Part shown: positions 48,704 through 57,475 of the stretch, piece after piece
Numbering within the stretch: position 1 is the first letter of the stretch
How the letters are laid out: every line of letters begins with the position of its first letter
Assembly (NCBI GenBank): GCA_964651035.1
Contig: CAZYVE010000001.1
Coordinates: forward strand, 24,059 to 88,058
Reading direction: 5' to 3'
DNA from: an uncultured Bacteroides sp.
GTDB lineage: Bacteria > Bacteroidota > Bacteroidia > Bacteroidales > Bacteroidaceae
Length of the DNA: 64,000 bases
The notes under the pieces: model-generated
Told to the model about the DNA's origin: nothing
What the model saw: the letters and a program-made list of their open reading frames with translations, nothing else
Database searches by the model: none
Made by a program: the position numbers and the translations under genes

Positions 48704-50170
48704 ATGAAAAAGAGGAATATCGGACTGTGTGCTGTTGCCTTGTTATGCCTGCAACAAGCCCACGCTTCAGAAACACTGTTTGTGAAACAAGATAATACGC
48801 GTATTGAAAACGATGCTTTTGTCAAGGCTGACTATAAAAGCAACCGCATCCCCGTAAAGGACAGGCTCTTCACATCGAAAGCCGTAGAAGCGGAAATCGA
48901 ACGAATAAAGCAACTTCTTTCTAACGCCAAACTGGCATGGATGTTCGAAAACTGCTTCCCCAACACACTCGATACTACCGTACACTTCCGTGAAAAAGAC
49001 GGCAAACCTTACACTTTCGTCTACACCGGCGACATACATGCCATGTGGCTTAGGGATTCGGGCGCACAGGTATGGCCGTACGTGCAACTGGCAAATAAGG
49101 ATAACGAACTGAAAAGAATGCTTGAAGGTGTCATCCGCTGCCAATTCGCCAACATCAATATCGACCCGTATGCCAATGCTTTCAACGATGGCCCGACAGG
49201 CGGAGACTGGATGAGCGACCAGACGGACATGAAGCTCGAGCTGCATGAAAGGAAATGGGAAATAGACTCCCTATGTTATCCCCTGAGGCTGGCTTACGAA
49301 TATTGGAAAGTGACAGGAGATGCATCAGTATTCGATGAAGAATGGCTGCAAGCAATACAAAACATACTGAAGACATTCAGGGAACAGCAACGAAAGGATG
49401 GAAACGGCCCATACAAATTCCTGCGCATAACAGACCGTGCACTCGACACTCTGAACAATGGCGGATTAGGTGCTCCGGTCAATCCCGTAGGACTGATCGT
49501 TTCTTCGTTCCGCCCGTCAGACGATGCCACTACCCTGCAATTTCTGGTGCCGTCCAACTTTTTTGCAGTGACCTCGCTCCGCAAAGCAGCCGAGATACTC
49601 ACTGCTGTAAACGGTGAAACAGGACTGGCCAAAGAATGCACAGACTTGGCAGAAGAAGTTGAAACGGCTTTGAAAAAATACGCCACTTACAACCACCCGG
49701 AGTTCGGCACAATCTATGCATTCGAAGTAGACGGCTTCGGCAACCACATGCTCATGGATGATGCCAACGTGCCAAGCCTGCTAGCCATGCCTTATCTGGG
49801 AGATGTGGATGTGGATGACCCAATCTATCAAAATACACGGCGCTTCGTGTGGAGCGAAAGCAACCCGTATTTCTTCAAGGGAACGGCAGGCGAAGGCATC
49901 GGCGGGCCGCACATAGGTTATGACATGATATGGCCCATGAGCATCATGATGAAGGCTTTCACCAGCCAGGATGACGCAGAAATAAAAACCTGCATAAAAA
50001 TGTTGATGGACACTGATGCCGGGACGGGATTCATGCACGAATCGTTCCACAAAGACGACCCGGCAAACTTTACCAGAGCATGGTTCGCCTGGCAGAACAC
50101 TCTGTTCGGTGAACTTATACTAAAACTGGTGAACGAAGGGAAAACAGATTTGCTGAACAGCATCCAATAA
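48704..50170 (+). CDS. glycoside hydrolase family 125 (metal-independent exo-alpha-1,6-mannosidase, DUF1237), secreted
   Basis: 488 aa with a signal peptide. TGDIHAMWLRDSGAQVWPY, and WFAWQNTLFGE near the C-terminus. Confidence 0.85.
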   Translation: MKKRNIGLCAVALLCLQQAHASETLFVKQDNTRIENDAFVKADYKSNRIPVKDRLFTSKAVEAEIERIKQLLSNAKLAWMFENCFPNTLDTTVHFREKDGKPYTFVYTGDIHAMWLRDSGAQVWPYVQLANKDNELKRMLEGVIRCQFANINIDPYANAFNDGPTGGDWMSDQTDMKLELHERKWEIDSLCYPLRLAYEYWKVTGDASVFDEEWLQAIQNILKTFREQQRKDGNGPYKFLRITDRALDTLNNGGLGAPVNPVGLIVSSFRPSDDATTLQFLVPSNFFAVTSLRKAAEILTAVNGETGLAKECTDLAEEVETALKKYATYNHPEFGTIYAFEVDGFGNHMLMDDANVPSLLAMPYLGDVDVDDPIYQNTRRFVWSESNPYFFKGTAGEGIGGPHIGYDMIWPMSIMMKAFTSQDDAEIKTCIKMLMDTDAGTGFMHESFHKDDPANFTRAWFAWQNTLFGELILKLVNEGKTDLLNSIQ

Positions 50171-50185
50171 AATACAACAGATAGC

Positions 50186-50908
50186 ATGAAAACTGAAAAG
50201 AAGCATTACAAACATGCATACTGCATATACGCCGCCATATTCTGCCTGTGCCTGTCATGGGCAGAAGTTTCTGACGCGCAAAACAATGACTGGGCCAACC
50301 TGAACCGGTATGCCAGTGAAAACAAGGTATTGCCGCAACCATCGGAAGGAGAAAAAAGAGTGGTCTTCATGGGCAATTCCATTACAGAAGGGTGGGTAAA
50401 CTGTCATCCGGACTTTTTTAAGGAAAATAATTATATAGGAAGAGGCATCAGCGGGCAGACTTCTTACCAGTTCCTGCTGCGCTTCCGGCAAGACGTAGTC
50501 AACCTCTCCCCCACCCTTGTAGTGATAAATGCCGGAACCAACGATATAGCCGAAAATACAGGTCCATACAACGAAGACTATACATTAGGCAATATCATAT
50601 CGATGGTGCAGCTTGCCCAGGCCAATGGCATCAAGGTCATACTGACATCCACGTTGCCGGCAGCATCATTCGGCTGGAGACCGGAAATTACTGACGCCCC
50701 ACAGAAAATAGCCTCACTGAACACCCGTATAAAACAATACGCCGACCAAAATGACATACCATACGTAGACTATTACAAAGAAATGGTATATGGAGACAAC
50801 AATGGCTTGAACCCGGCTTACAGCAAAGACGGCGTCCACCCCACTCCGGAGGGATATGACGTCATGGAGAATCTCATCAAAGGCGTCATCGACAAAGCTG
50901 TGAAATGA
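50186..50908 (+). CDS. SGNH/GDSL hydrolase (acyl-esterase), secreted
   Basis: 240 aa. Block I FMGNSITEGW, block III GTNDI, block V DGVHPT. Confidence 0.88.
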   Translation: MKTEKKHYKHAYCIYAAIFCLCLSWAEVSDAQNNDWANLNRYASENKVLPQPSEGEKRVVFMGNSITEGWVNCHPDFFKENNYIGRGISGQTSYQFLLRFRQDVVNLSPTLVVINAGTNDIAENTGPYNEDYTLGNIISMVQLAQANGIKVILTSTLPAASFGWRPEITDAPQKIASLNTRIKQYADQNDIPYVDYYKEMVYGDNNGLNPAYSKDGVHPTPEGYDVMENLIKGVIDKAVK

Positions 50909-51115
50909 TTTCCATACGCGAAGAGCATTGCATCTCTCTTTGCAGACAATCATTCTTTTACAGGAATCCTGCAAGCAACGCGGCAGATTGAGTGCCATGA
51001 CACACCGCTTTTTGCATAGCCATCACTTTTGCCTGCAACATGTACTGTGCATACCGGAAACACACCTCCGGCATGCATAATACATGTATGCGAGAACGAG
51101 AAAACAGACTTGCTT

Positions 51116-53065
51116 TTATTCTATGGATGCGACGAATCCACCGTTGCGTGCAAGTTGTATTGTTATAGTGTCACCCTTGCAAACACTCCGTTCTTTCTTA
51201 CGGTAATCCATAGCCTGACGATCGGCATTGATTCCGTCCTCAAAAGAAGTCATTCGCATAGTCCTGCCTTCCGGCAGGAAGTCGAGGCAGAGGTCGAAGG
51301 AACGTAGCTTTTCCCTGTTGTTGGTAATGCCTCCTATGTACCATTTGTCCCCTTTACGTTTTGCAACGATGGCATATTCTCCGGCTTTGGCCTGCAGGGC
51401 TATTGTCTCATCCCATGTGACCGGCACCTTGGTGATGAATTGTGTGCATTCTTCGTTGCGGTAATACATAGTGGGACTGTCTGCCAGCATCTGCAACCCG
51501 CTTTCAAACACCACATACAAGGCCATCTGATATGCTCTGGTACCTATGCTTGCCGAATTCGGACGCTCCGAACGATATGTCTCCGGCTGCATGCTCAACA
51601 TGGCTCCGGGAGTATAATCCATAGCTCCCACGGCATTCCTTATGAAAGGCAGGTAGAGACTGTTGTCCGGCCTGCATCCGCCCATCTGTTCCATGCCGCG
51701 CACCCCTTCATATGAGAGCACGTTAGGGTACTTGTATTCCAACCCCGAAGGTTTGAAGGAACCGTGGAAATCGACAAGCAGATGATGTTGCGCAGCTTCC
51801 CGTGCCACCCGCTCGTAGAAGTTTACCATCCATTGGTCGCTGCGGTCCATAAAGTCTATCTTTACCCCTTTTATTCCCCATCCGGCAAAGGTTTCAAACA
51901 GATCCATGTTCTGCTCCACGGTCAGCCATGTCAGCCACAGGATAATACCGACGTTTTTCTCTTGCCCATACCTTATAAGCTCATGCAGGTCGACATCCGG
52001 ATTGGGAGTATAGGGGTCGCTTGTACTCTGAGCCCAACCTTCGTCCATTAGTATGTAGGGGATGCCGTACCTGGCAGCAAAGTCTATGTAATATTTGTAA
52101 GTCTCCACATTGCACCCACTCTTGAAGTTGACGTCGGGACCATAGGGAGTAGCACCGTTCCACCATTCCCAGCTCACTTGGCCCGGCAAAATCCAAGAGC
52201 AGTCTTCCAATACATTCTTTTCAGCCAACTGGCAGGTCAGCGTGTTCTGCAACAGCTCGCCGTCGTTGCCAGCTATGACAAGATAGCGCCATGGGAAACC
52301 ACGCTGCCCGGGAGTCTTGGCTATATATCGTGCCTCTCTGGTAATTTTCACGCTACGGTCTCCATCCGCTTCAAAAGCAAGGGGAGCTTTCGGGAAAGTG
52401 GCCTCTATCCCGTTTAATCCAGTACTTTTCAGGAACATGGCGGGATAATCAGTCAGTGCAGATTCGCTGAGAAGTATTTTGTAGCCTTTACGCGTATCAA
52501 TCAGCAATGGTAGCAATGCCATTTTGCCGTTCGCCTGCCATTCGTCACTTTCCAGATGCGAGTATTCTTCCTCGTATGCCGTCTTGAAGCCGCCTGGTTG
52601 CTGCATGTGCAACAGATATCTGTCGGGGAAATTCAACCGGAAGGTCTCATTTTCTATCTCCACCTTCTGTTTTATATTCGTGATGAACCGATGGGCAATA
52701 CCGTTGTTGAATGCCCGGAATTCTATGGAATAATCTCCATTAAAACTCAGCAGCAACTGGTTGTAGCAATTCTCCACCGCAGAAAACTTCAGCGGCACGG
52801 TTGGTACAATGCGTTCATCCATAGTATTGCGGGTTACTCTTGACACTTTGGGGTTCAAGCCCAGATTCCTGCCTTCTATTTCCATGCCTATGCAGCAATC
52901 TTCAAGCAGCGTTTGACCTTCGTAGCTTACGCTATAACTGGTTATGTCGGACAGGCAGACTGTCACTTTGAGCTTCTGGTCTGGTGAAGCCAGCTCATAA
53001 ATTTTCTGGGCATGGCAAACCAATGCAGTCAATGCCCCAATCAAAAATAAAAATGTTTTTCTCAT
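51116..53065 (-). CDS. glycoside hydrolase family 97 protein (alpha-glucosidase/alpha-galactosidase type), secreted
   Basis: 649 aa with a signal peptide. GIPYILMDEGW and GIKGVKIDFMDRSDQ are characteristic of GH97. Confidence 0.88.
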   Translation of the reverse strand: MRKTFLFLIGALTALVCHAQKIYELASPDQKLKVTVCLSDITSYSVSYEGQTLLEDCCIGMEIEGRNLGLNPKVSRVTRNTMDERIVPTVPLKFSAVENCYNQLLLSFNGDYSIEFRAFNNGIAHRFITNIKQKVEIENETFRLNFPDRYLLHMQQPGGFKTAYEEEYSHLESDEWQANGKMALLPLLIDTRKGYKILLSESALTDYPAMFLKSTGLNGIEATFPKAPLAFEADGDRSVKITREARYIAKTPGQRGFPWRYLVIAGNDGELLQNTLTCQLAEKNVLEDCSWILPGQVSWEWWNGATPYGPDVNFKSGCNVETYKYYIDFAARYGIPYILMDEGWAQSTSDPYTPNPDVDLHELIRYGQEKNVGIILWLTWLTVEQNMDLFETFAGWGIKGVKIDFMDRSDQWMVNFYERVAREAAQHHLLVDFHGSFKPSGLEYKYPNVLSYEGVRGMEQMGGCRPDNSLYLPFIRNAVGAMDYTPGAMLSMQPETYRSERPNSASIGTRAYQMALYVVFESGLQMLADSPTMYYRNEECTQFITKVPVTWDETIALQAKAGEYAIVAKRKGDKWYIGGITNNREKLRSFDLCLDFLPEGRTMRMTSFEDGINADRQAMDYRKKERSVCKGDTITIQLARNGGFVASIE

Positions 53066-53123
53066 ATCAAATTCCTCGGTTTAAAGTAAGACAACTATAG
53101 GTACACTGTTTATTCTCTTCTAG

Positions 53124-53696
53124 TTAGATTTCCTCTATGAGCTTTTCTATCACCTTGGGATAGTATTCGTACTCCAGTTTATGTATGCGTGCGGCGAGGG
53201 TATCCGCTGTGTCATTTGGCAACACGGGGCATTTGTACTGACAAATAATAGCCCCCTCATCATAACATTCGTTGACGTAATGAATGGTTATGCCGCTTTC
53301 AGTCTCCCCGGCATCAATGACAGCCTGGTGAACATGGTTGCCGTACATGCCTTTACCTCCAAATTTTGGCAACAATGAAGGGTGTATATTCACCATGCGT
53401 CCCGGAAACTCTTGCAGTACCTTTTCCGGAACCCGTGCCAAAAAACCGGCAAGTACCACGAAATCCACTTCATGTCGCCGCAAAGATTCAATCACTGCCG
53501 AACCGTCACTCCATTCATCTTTCGTGAAGCATTCGGCCGGGACAGAAAGATTACGCGCCCGCTCCAATACGAATACCTTGCGGCGGTTGGTTAACACCAG
53601 GACGACCGAAGCCGTACCTTTCTCATTAAAAAAACGGATAATGTTTTCGGCATTAGTGCCGTTTCCCGAAGCTAGAATAGCAATGTTTTTTCCCAT
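53124..53696 (-). CDS. purN: phosphoribosylglycinamide formyltransferase
   Basis: 190 aa. IAILASGNGTNAE, LAGF and NIHPSLLPKFGG. Confidence 0.95.
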   Translation of the reverse strand: MGKNIAILASGNGTNAENIIRFFNEKGTASVVLVLTNRRKVFVLERARNLSVPAECFTKDEWSDGSAVIESLRRHEVDFVVLAGFLARVPEKVLQEFPGRMVNIHPSLLPKFGGKGMYGNHVHQAVIDAGETESGITIHYVNECYDEGAIICQYKCPVLPNDTADTLAARIHKLEYEYYPKVIEKLIEEI

Positions 53697-53845
53697 AATC
53701 TCAAGTATTTATGCACAGAATCGTGAAAAATGTGCAAAATCGTGCATTTAATTCGTCAAATATTTGCTCGGAACAATAAATATTTCTTCCTTTGCAGCGC
53801 AAAATTAAAGAAATAAACCTAATTATTAATTAAAAAGTTAAAGTT

Positions 53846-54082
53846 ATGTCTGAAATTGCATCAAGAGTGAAAGCGATTATCGTTGATAAATTAGGAGTTG
53901 AAGAATCTGAAGTAAAGAACGAGGCAAGCTTCACCAACGACTTAGGTGCCGATTCTCTTGACACCGTAGAACTCATCATGGAATTCGAGAAAGAATTCGG
54001 TATCTCAATACCCGACGATCAGGCTGAAAAAATTAGCACTGTCGGCGATGCTATCTCTTACGTTGAAGAGCACTCTAAATAA
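53846..54082 (+). CDS. acpP: acyl carrier protein
   Basis: 78 aa with the [14 protein letters not shown] phosphopantetheine site. Confidence 0.97.
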   Translation: MSEIASRVKAIIVDKLGVEESEVKNEASFTNDLGADSLDTVELIMEFEKEFGISIPDDQAEKISTVGDAISYVEEHSK

Positions 54083-54103
54083 TTCTATCCATCATCTCAA
54101 GAC

Positions 54104-55369
54104 ATGGAATTAAAAAGAGTCGCAGTAACAGGTCTGGGCGCTGTTACCCCCATTGGCAACAATGTCTCCAAATTCTGGGAGAATCTCGTGAATGGGGTTA
54201 GCGGAGCCGGACCTATTACACACTTTGATGCCAGCCTATTCAAAACACGATTTGCCTGCGAGGTCAAAGGCTTTGATGTAACCCAATACATCGACCGCAA
54301 GGAAGCCCGTAAAATGGACCTGTATACGCAGTATGCAATCGCAGTGGCCAAAGAAGCGGTAAGTGATTCGGGACTTGACATCGAGCATGAGGATTTGAAC
54401 AGGATTGGTGTGATATTCGGAGCTGGTATAGGAGGTATCCGTACATTCGAGGAGGAAGCCGGCAGCTATGCCATTACAGGTAAGGAAAACGGCCCCAAAT
54501 TCAATCCTTTCTTCATACCAAAGATGATTTCGGACATTGCGGCTGGGCAAATCTCTATCTTGTATGGCTTCCACGGCCCCAATTATGCTACATGTTCGGC
54601 ATGCGCCACTTCAACCAACGCCATTGCCGATGCCTTTAACCTTATCCGTCTGGGTAAGGCCAATGTCATCGTGACCGGCGGTTCGGAAGCAGCCATAGCA
54701 GCTTGCGGGGTTGGCGGTTTCAATGCCATGCATGCTCTCTCCACACGTAATGATTCTCCCGAAACGGCTTCCCGGCCGTTCAGTGCAAGCCGTGACGGCT
54801 TTGTAATGGGTGAAGGCGGAGGTTGCCTTATCCTGGAAGAGCTTGAACATGCCAAAGCACGCGGAGCAAAAATCTATGCCGAAGTGGCCGGAGTCGGAAT
54901 GTCGGCAGATGCTCATCACCTGACGGCATCACATCCAAACGGATTAGGAGCCAAACTGGTGATGAGTAACGCATTGGAAGATGCGGGGATGCATCCTGAC
55001 GAGATAGACTACATAAACGTGCACGGCACGTCTACCCCAGTAGGAGACATATCTGAAGTGAAAGCCATAAAGGATGTATTTGGAGAATATGCTTACAAGC
55101 TGAATATCAGTTCTACCAAATCCATGACCGGACACCTGCTGGGAGCAGCCGGAGCAGTAGAAGCTATCGCAAGTATTATGGCTATCAGCACCGGCATTGT
55201 TCCACCGACAATTAACCATGAAGAAGGTGATAACGACGAAAACATTGACTATGGATTGAACTTTACGTTCAACAAGGCTCAGAAGCGGGAAGTACGTGCA
55301 GCTTTGTCTAATACGTTCGGCTTCGGAGGACATAACGCATGTGTTATTTTTAAGAAATACGCAGATTAA
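54104..55369 (+). CDS. fabF: beta-ketoacyl-ACP synthase II
   Basis: 421 aa. Active-site ATCSACATSTNAI, HGTSTPVGD and GFGGHNA. Confidence 0.96.
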   Translation: MELKRVAVTGLGAVTPIGNNVSKFWENLVNGVSGAGPITHFDASLFKTRFACEVKGFDVTQYIDRKEARKMDLYTQYAIAVAKEAVSDSGLDIEHEDLNRIGVIFGAGIGGIRTFEEEAGSYAITGKENGPKFNPFFIPKMISDIAAGQISILYGFHGPNYATCSACATSTNAIADAFNLIRLGKANVIVTGGSEAAIAACGVGGFNAMHALSTRNDSPETASRPFSASRDGFVMGEGGGCLILEELEHAKARGAKIYAEVAGVGMSADAHHLTASHPNGLGAKLVMSNALEDAGMHPDEIDYINVHGTSTPVGDISEVKAIKDVFGEYAYKLNISSTKSMTGHLLGAAGAVEAIASIMAISTGIVPPTINHEEGDNDENIDYGLNFTFNKAQKREVRAALSNTFGFGGHNACVIFKKYAD

Positions 55370-55373
55370 AGTC

Positions 55374-56219
55374 GTGTTACGTAAACAGATAGACAGGATA
55401 AGGCTTCTGTTCCGAAAGGACAGGGAGTCTTATCTTTGTTTTTATCATATCCTGGGTTTTTTCCCCAGGAATATCAATTATTACCGACAAGCAGTGCTGC
55501 ACAAGTCCACCTCTCTCCGTTCTGAAAAAGGACGGCTGATAAACAACGAGCGCCTGGAGTTCTTGGGCGATGCCATCCTTGATGCGGTCATTGCAGACAT
55601 AGTATACCGACATTTTGAAGGGAGGCGTGAGGGATTCCTCACCAACACGCGCTCGAAAATAGTACAACGCGAAACCCTGAACAAGCTGGCAGTAGAAATT
55701 GGTTTGGACAAACTGGTGCAATATTCCACACGCAACGTTTCCCATAACAACTACATGTACGGCAACGCTTTCGAGGCATTTATCGGTGCCATTTACCTTG
55801 ACCAGGGCTATAAGCGCTGCATGCAGTTCATCGAGAAGAAGATACTGACGAAGTACATAGACCTGGATAAAATGTCGCGCAAGGAGGTCAATTTCAAATC
55901 GAAGCTCATAGAATGGAGCCAGAAGACCAAGATTGCCGTGTCTTTCGAACTGATAGAGCAATTGGTGGACAAAAACTCAAGCCCAATGTTTCATACTGAA
56001 GTGAAGATAGGCGGATTCTCTGCCGGGAAGGGCACCGGCTATTCCAAGAAAGAATCGCAACAAATTGCGGCACGCATGGCCTTGAAGAAACTCCACAACA
56101 ACACAGGTTTTATGGACAAGCTCCGCTCTGTTCAAGAACAAAAACAGCAGCTTTCCGGCGAGACTCAGGAGGCATCTTCACCCGAAGCAGACGCCCATAC
56201 GCCGGCCCTGGACAACTAA
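55374..56219 (+). CDS. rnc: ribonuclease III
   Basis: GTG start 4 nt after the fabF stop (V-LRKQIDRIRLLF); no in-frame ATG occurs after the fabF stop until well inside the conserved domain. Signature ERLEFLGDAIL, dsRBD ...GKGTGYSKKESQQIAARMALKKL, then a Q/E/S/P-rich tail. Confidence 0.88.
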   Translation: MLRKQIDRIRLLFRKDRESYLCFYHILGFFPRNINYYRQAVLHKSTSLRSEKGRLINNERLEFLGDAILDAVIADIVYRHFEGRREGFLTNTRSKIVQRETLNKLAVEIGLDKLVQYSTRNVSHNNYMYGNAFEAFIGAIYLDQGYKRCMQFIEKKILTKYIDLDKMSRKEVNFKSKLIEWSQKTKIAVSFELIEQLVDKNSSPMFHTEVKIGGFSAGKGTGYSKKESQQIAARMALKKLHNNTGFMDKLRSVQEQKQQLSGETQEASSPEADAHTPALDN

Positions 56220-57191
56220 CTTGTGCTCTTCCGTAACCACCTTCATTTTTCCCGCCACTTTCTCCAGCGGTACCGACGTTATTGTGTCGCCCCGCAGTGC
56301 CACCATGCGCCCGAAGCGGCGGTTGGCTATCAGCTCGGCTGCGTGTCCGCCCATAAGCGTGGCGAGGTTGCGGTCGAAGGGTGTCGGCGACCCTCCCCTC
56401 TGAATGTATCCCAGCACTGTCTCGCGCGTCTCTATGCCTGTCTCGTATTCTATCTCCTGAGCGATGTACGCCCCTGCCCTTTTCCGTCCGTCCGTCTGTA
56501 TGCCTTCGGCCACTACTACTATGGAGTACGTCTTCCCGTGCTTCAGCCGTTCCAGTATGACGTCTCCCACGTGGCGCATGTTGTATGGTATCTCCGGCAG
56601 CAGTATGACATCTCCCCCACCCGCCATGCCCGAATAGAGGGCTATCCAGCCGGCCTTGTGCCCCATTACTTCGATGACCATGACACGCCGGTGCGAGCTG
56701 GCTGTGGAGTGCAGACGGTCTATGGCATCGGTAGCGATGTTCACGGCCGAGTCGAATCCAAACGAGAAGTCTGTCCCCCAGATGTCGTTGTCTATTGTCT
56801 TTGGCACGGATATGATATCCAACCCCATGGCAGACAGCTTGGCTGCGGTCTTCTGCGTGCCGTTGCCACCGATGCATACGAGGCAGTCCAGCCCCAGTTC
56901 GGCGGCGTTGCGTAATATCAGTGCAGGCTTGTCCACATCGTCAGACATTATCCCTCCGCGTTTGAACGGCTTTTCTCGCGAAGTCCCCAATATTGTCCCT
57001 CCCTGTATCAGCAGTCCAGAGAGCGACTTGCCGGCCAGTTGCTCCACATCTTTAGTCAGCAGCCCCTGAAAGCCGCTGTGTATGCCGGTCACTTCCATGC
57101 CGTAATGGTTGATGGCAACTTTGCATACGCCCCGTATAGTGGCGTTTATACCGGGGCAGTCGCCCCCCGCAGTCAGAATGCCGATTCTCAT
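56178..57191 (-). CDS. pfkA: ATP-dependent 6-phosphofructokinase
   Basis: Starts MRIGILTAGGDCPGINATIRG (ATG 57191). IGGNGT, PKTIDND and MGHKAGW motifs. Its stop lies inside the rnc coding region. Confidence 0.93.
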   Translation of the reverse strand: MRIGILTAGGDCPGINATIRGVCKVAINHYGMEVTGIHSGFQGLLTKDVEQLAGKSLSGLLIQGGTILGTSREKPFKRGGIMSDDVDKPALILRNAAELGLDCLVCIGGNGTQKTAAKLSAMGLDIISVPKTIDNDIWGTDFSFGFDSAVNIATDAIDRLHSTASSHRRVMVIEVMGHKAGWIALYSGMAGGGDVILLPEIPYNMRHVGDVILERLKHGKTYSIVVVAEGIQTDGRKRAGAYIAQEIEYETGIETRETVLGYIQRGGSPTPFDRNLATLMGGHAAELIANRRFGRMVALRGDTITSVPLEKVAGKMKVVTEEHKLVVQGRRMGVCFG

Positions 57192-57438
57192 GATGGGTTT
57201 CCTTAATTGTCTGATTGCGGGATTCCGGTATGTCATGGCCGTGCCCACGACATGTTATATCCATCCGTCCGATGCATTGCAGGCACACTTGCAACGCATT
57301 ATGGACATGGCATATTGGCACACCGTCTTACCAGGCAGTTTATATCGCAATATGCCGGAAACTCGCAATGTGTGATTATTACACCGTAAAGGTAACGAAA
57401 AATTCACGAAAAAGCATAGATATGACAGCAAATAAGCT

Positions 57439-57446
57439 TATTTTTG
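57439..57446 (+). promoter_or_regulatory. -7 promoter box TATTTTTG for the GH3-family gene
   Basis: Matches TAnnTTTG, 30 nt upstream of ATG 57476 and downstream of the alternative ATG 57422. This supports 57476 as the start. Confidence 0.45.
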
Positions 57447-57475
57447 CGCGTCAAACAAGATTTCTATACAAGAAG

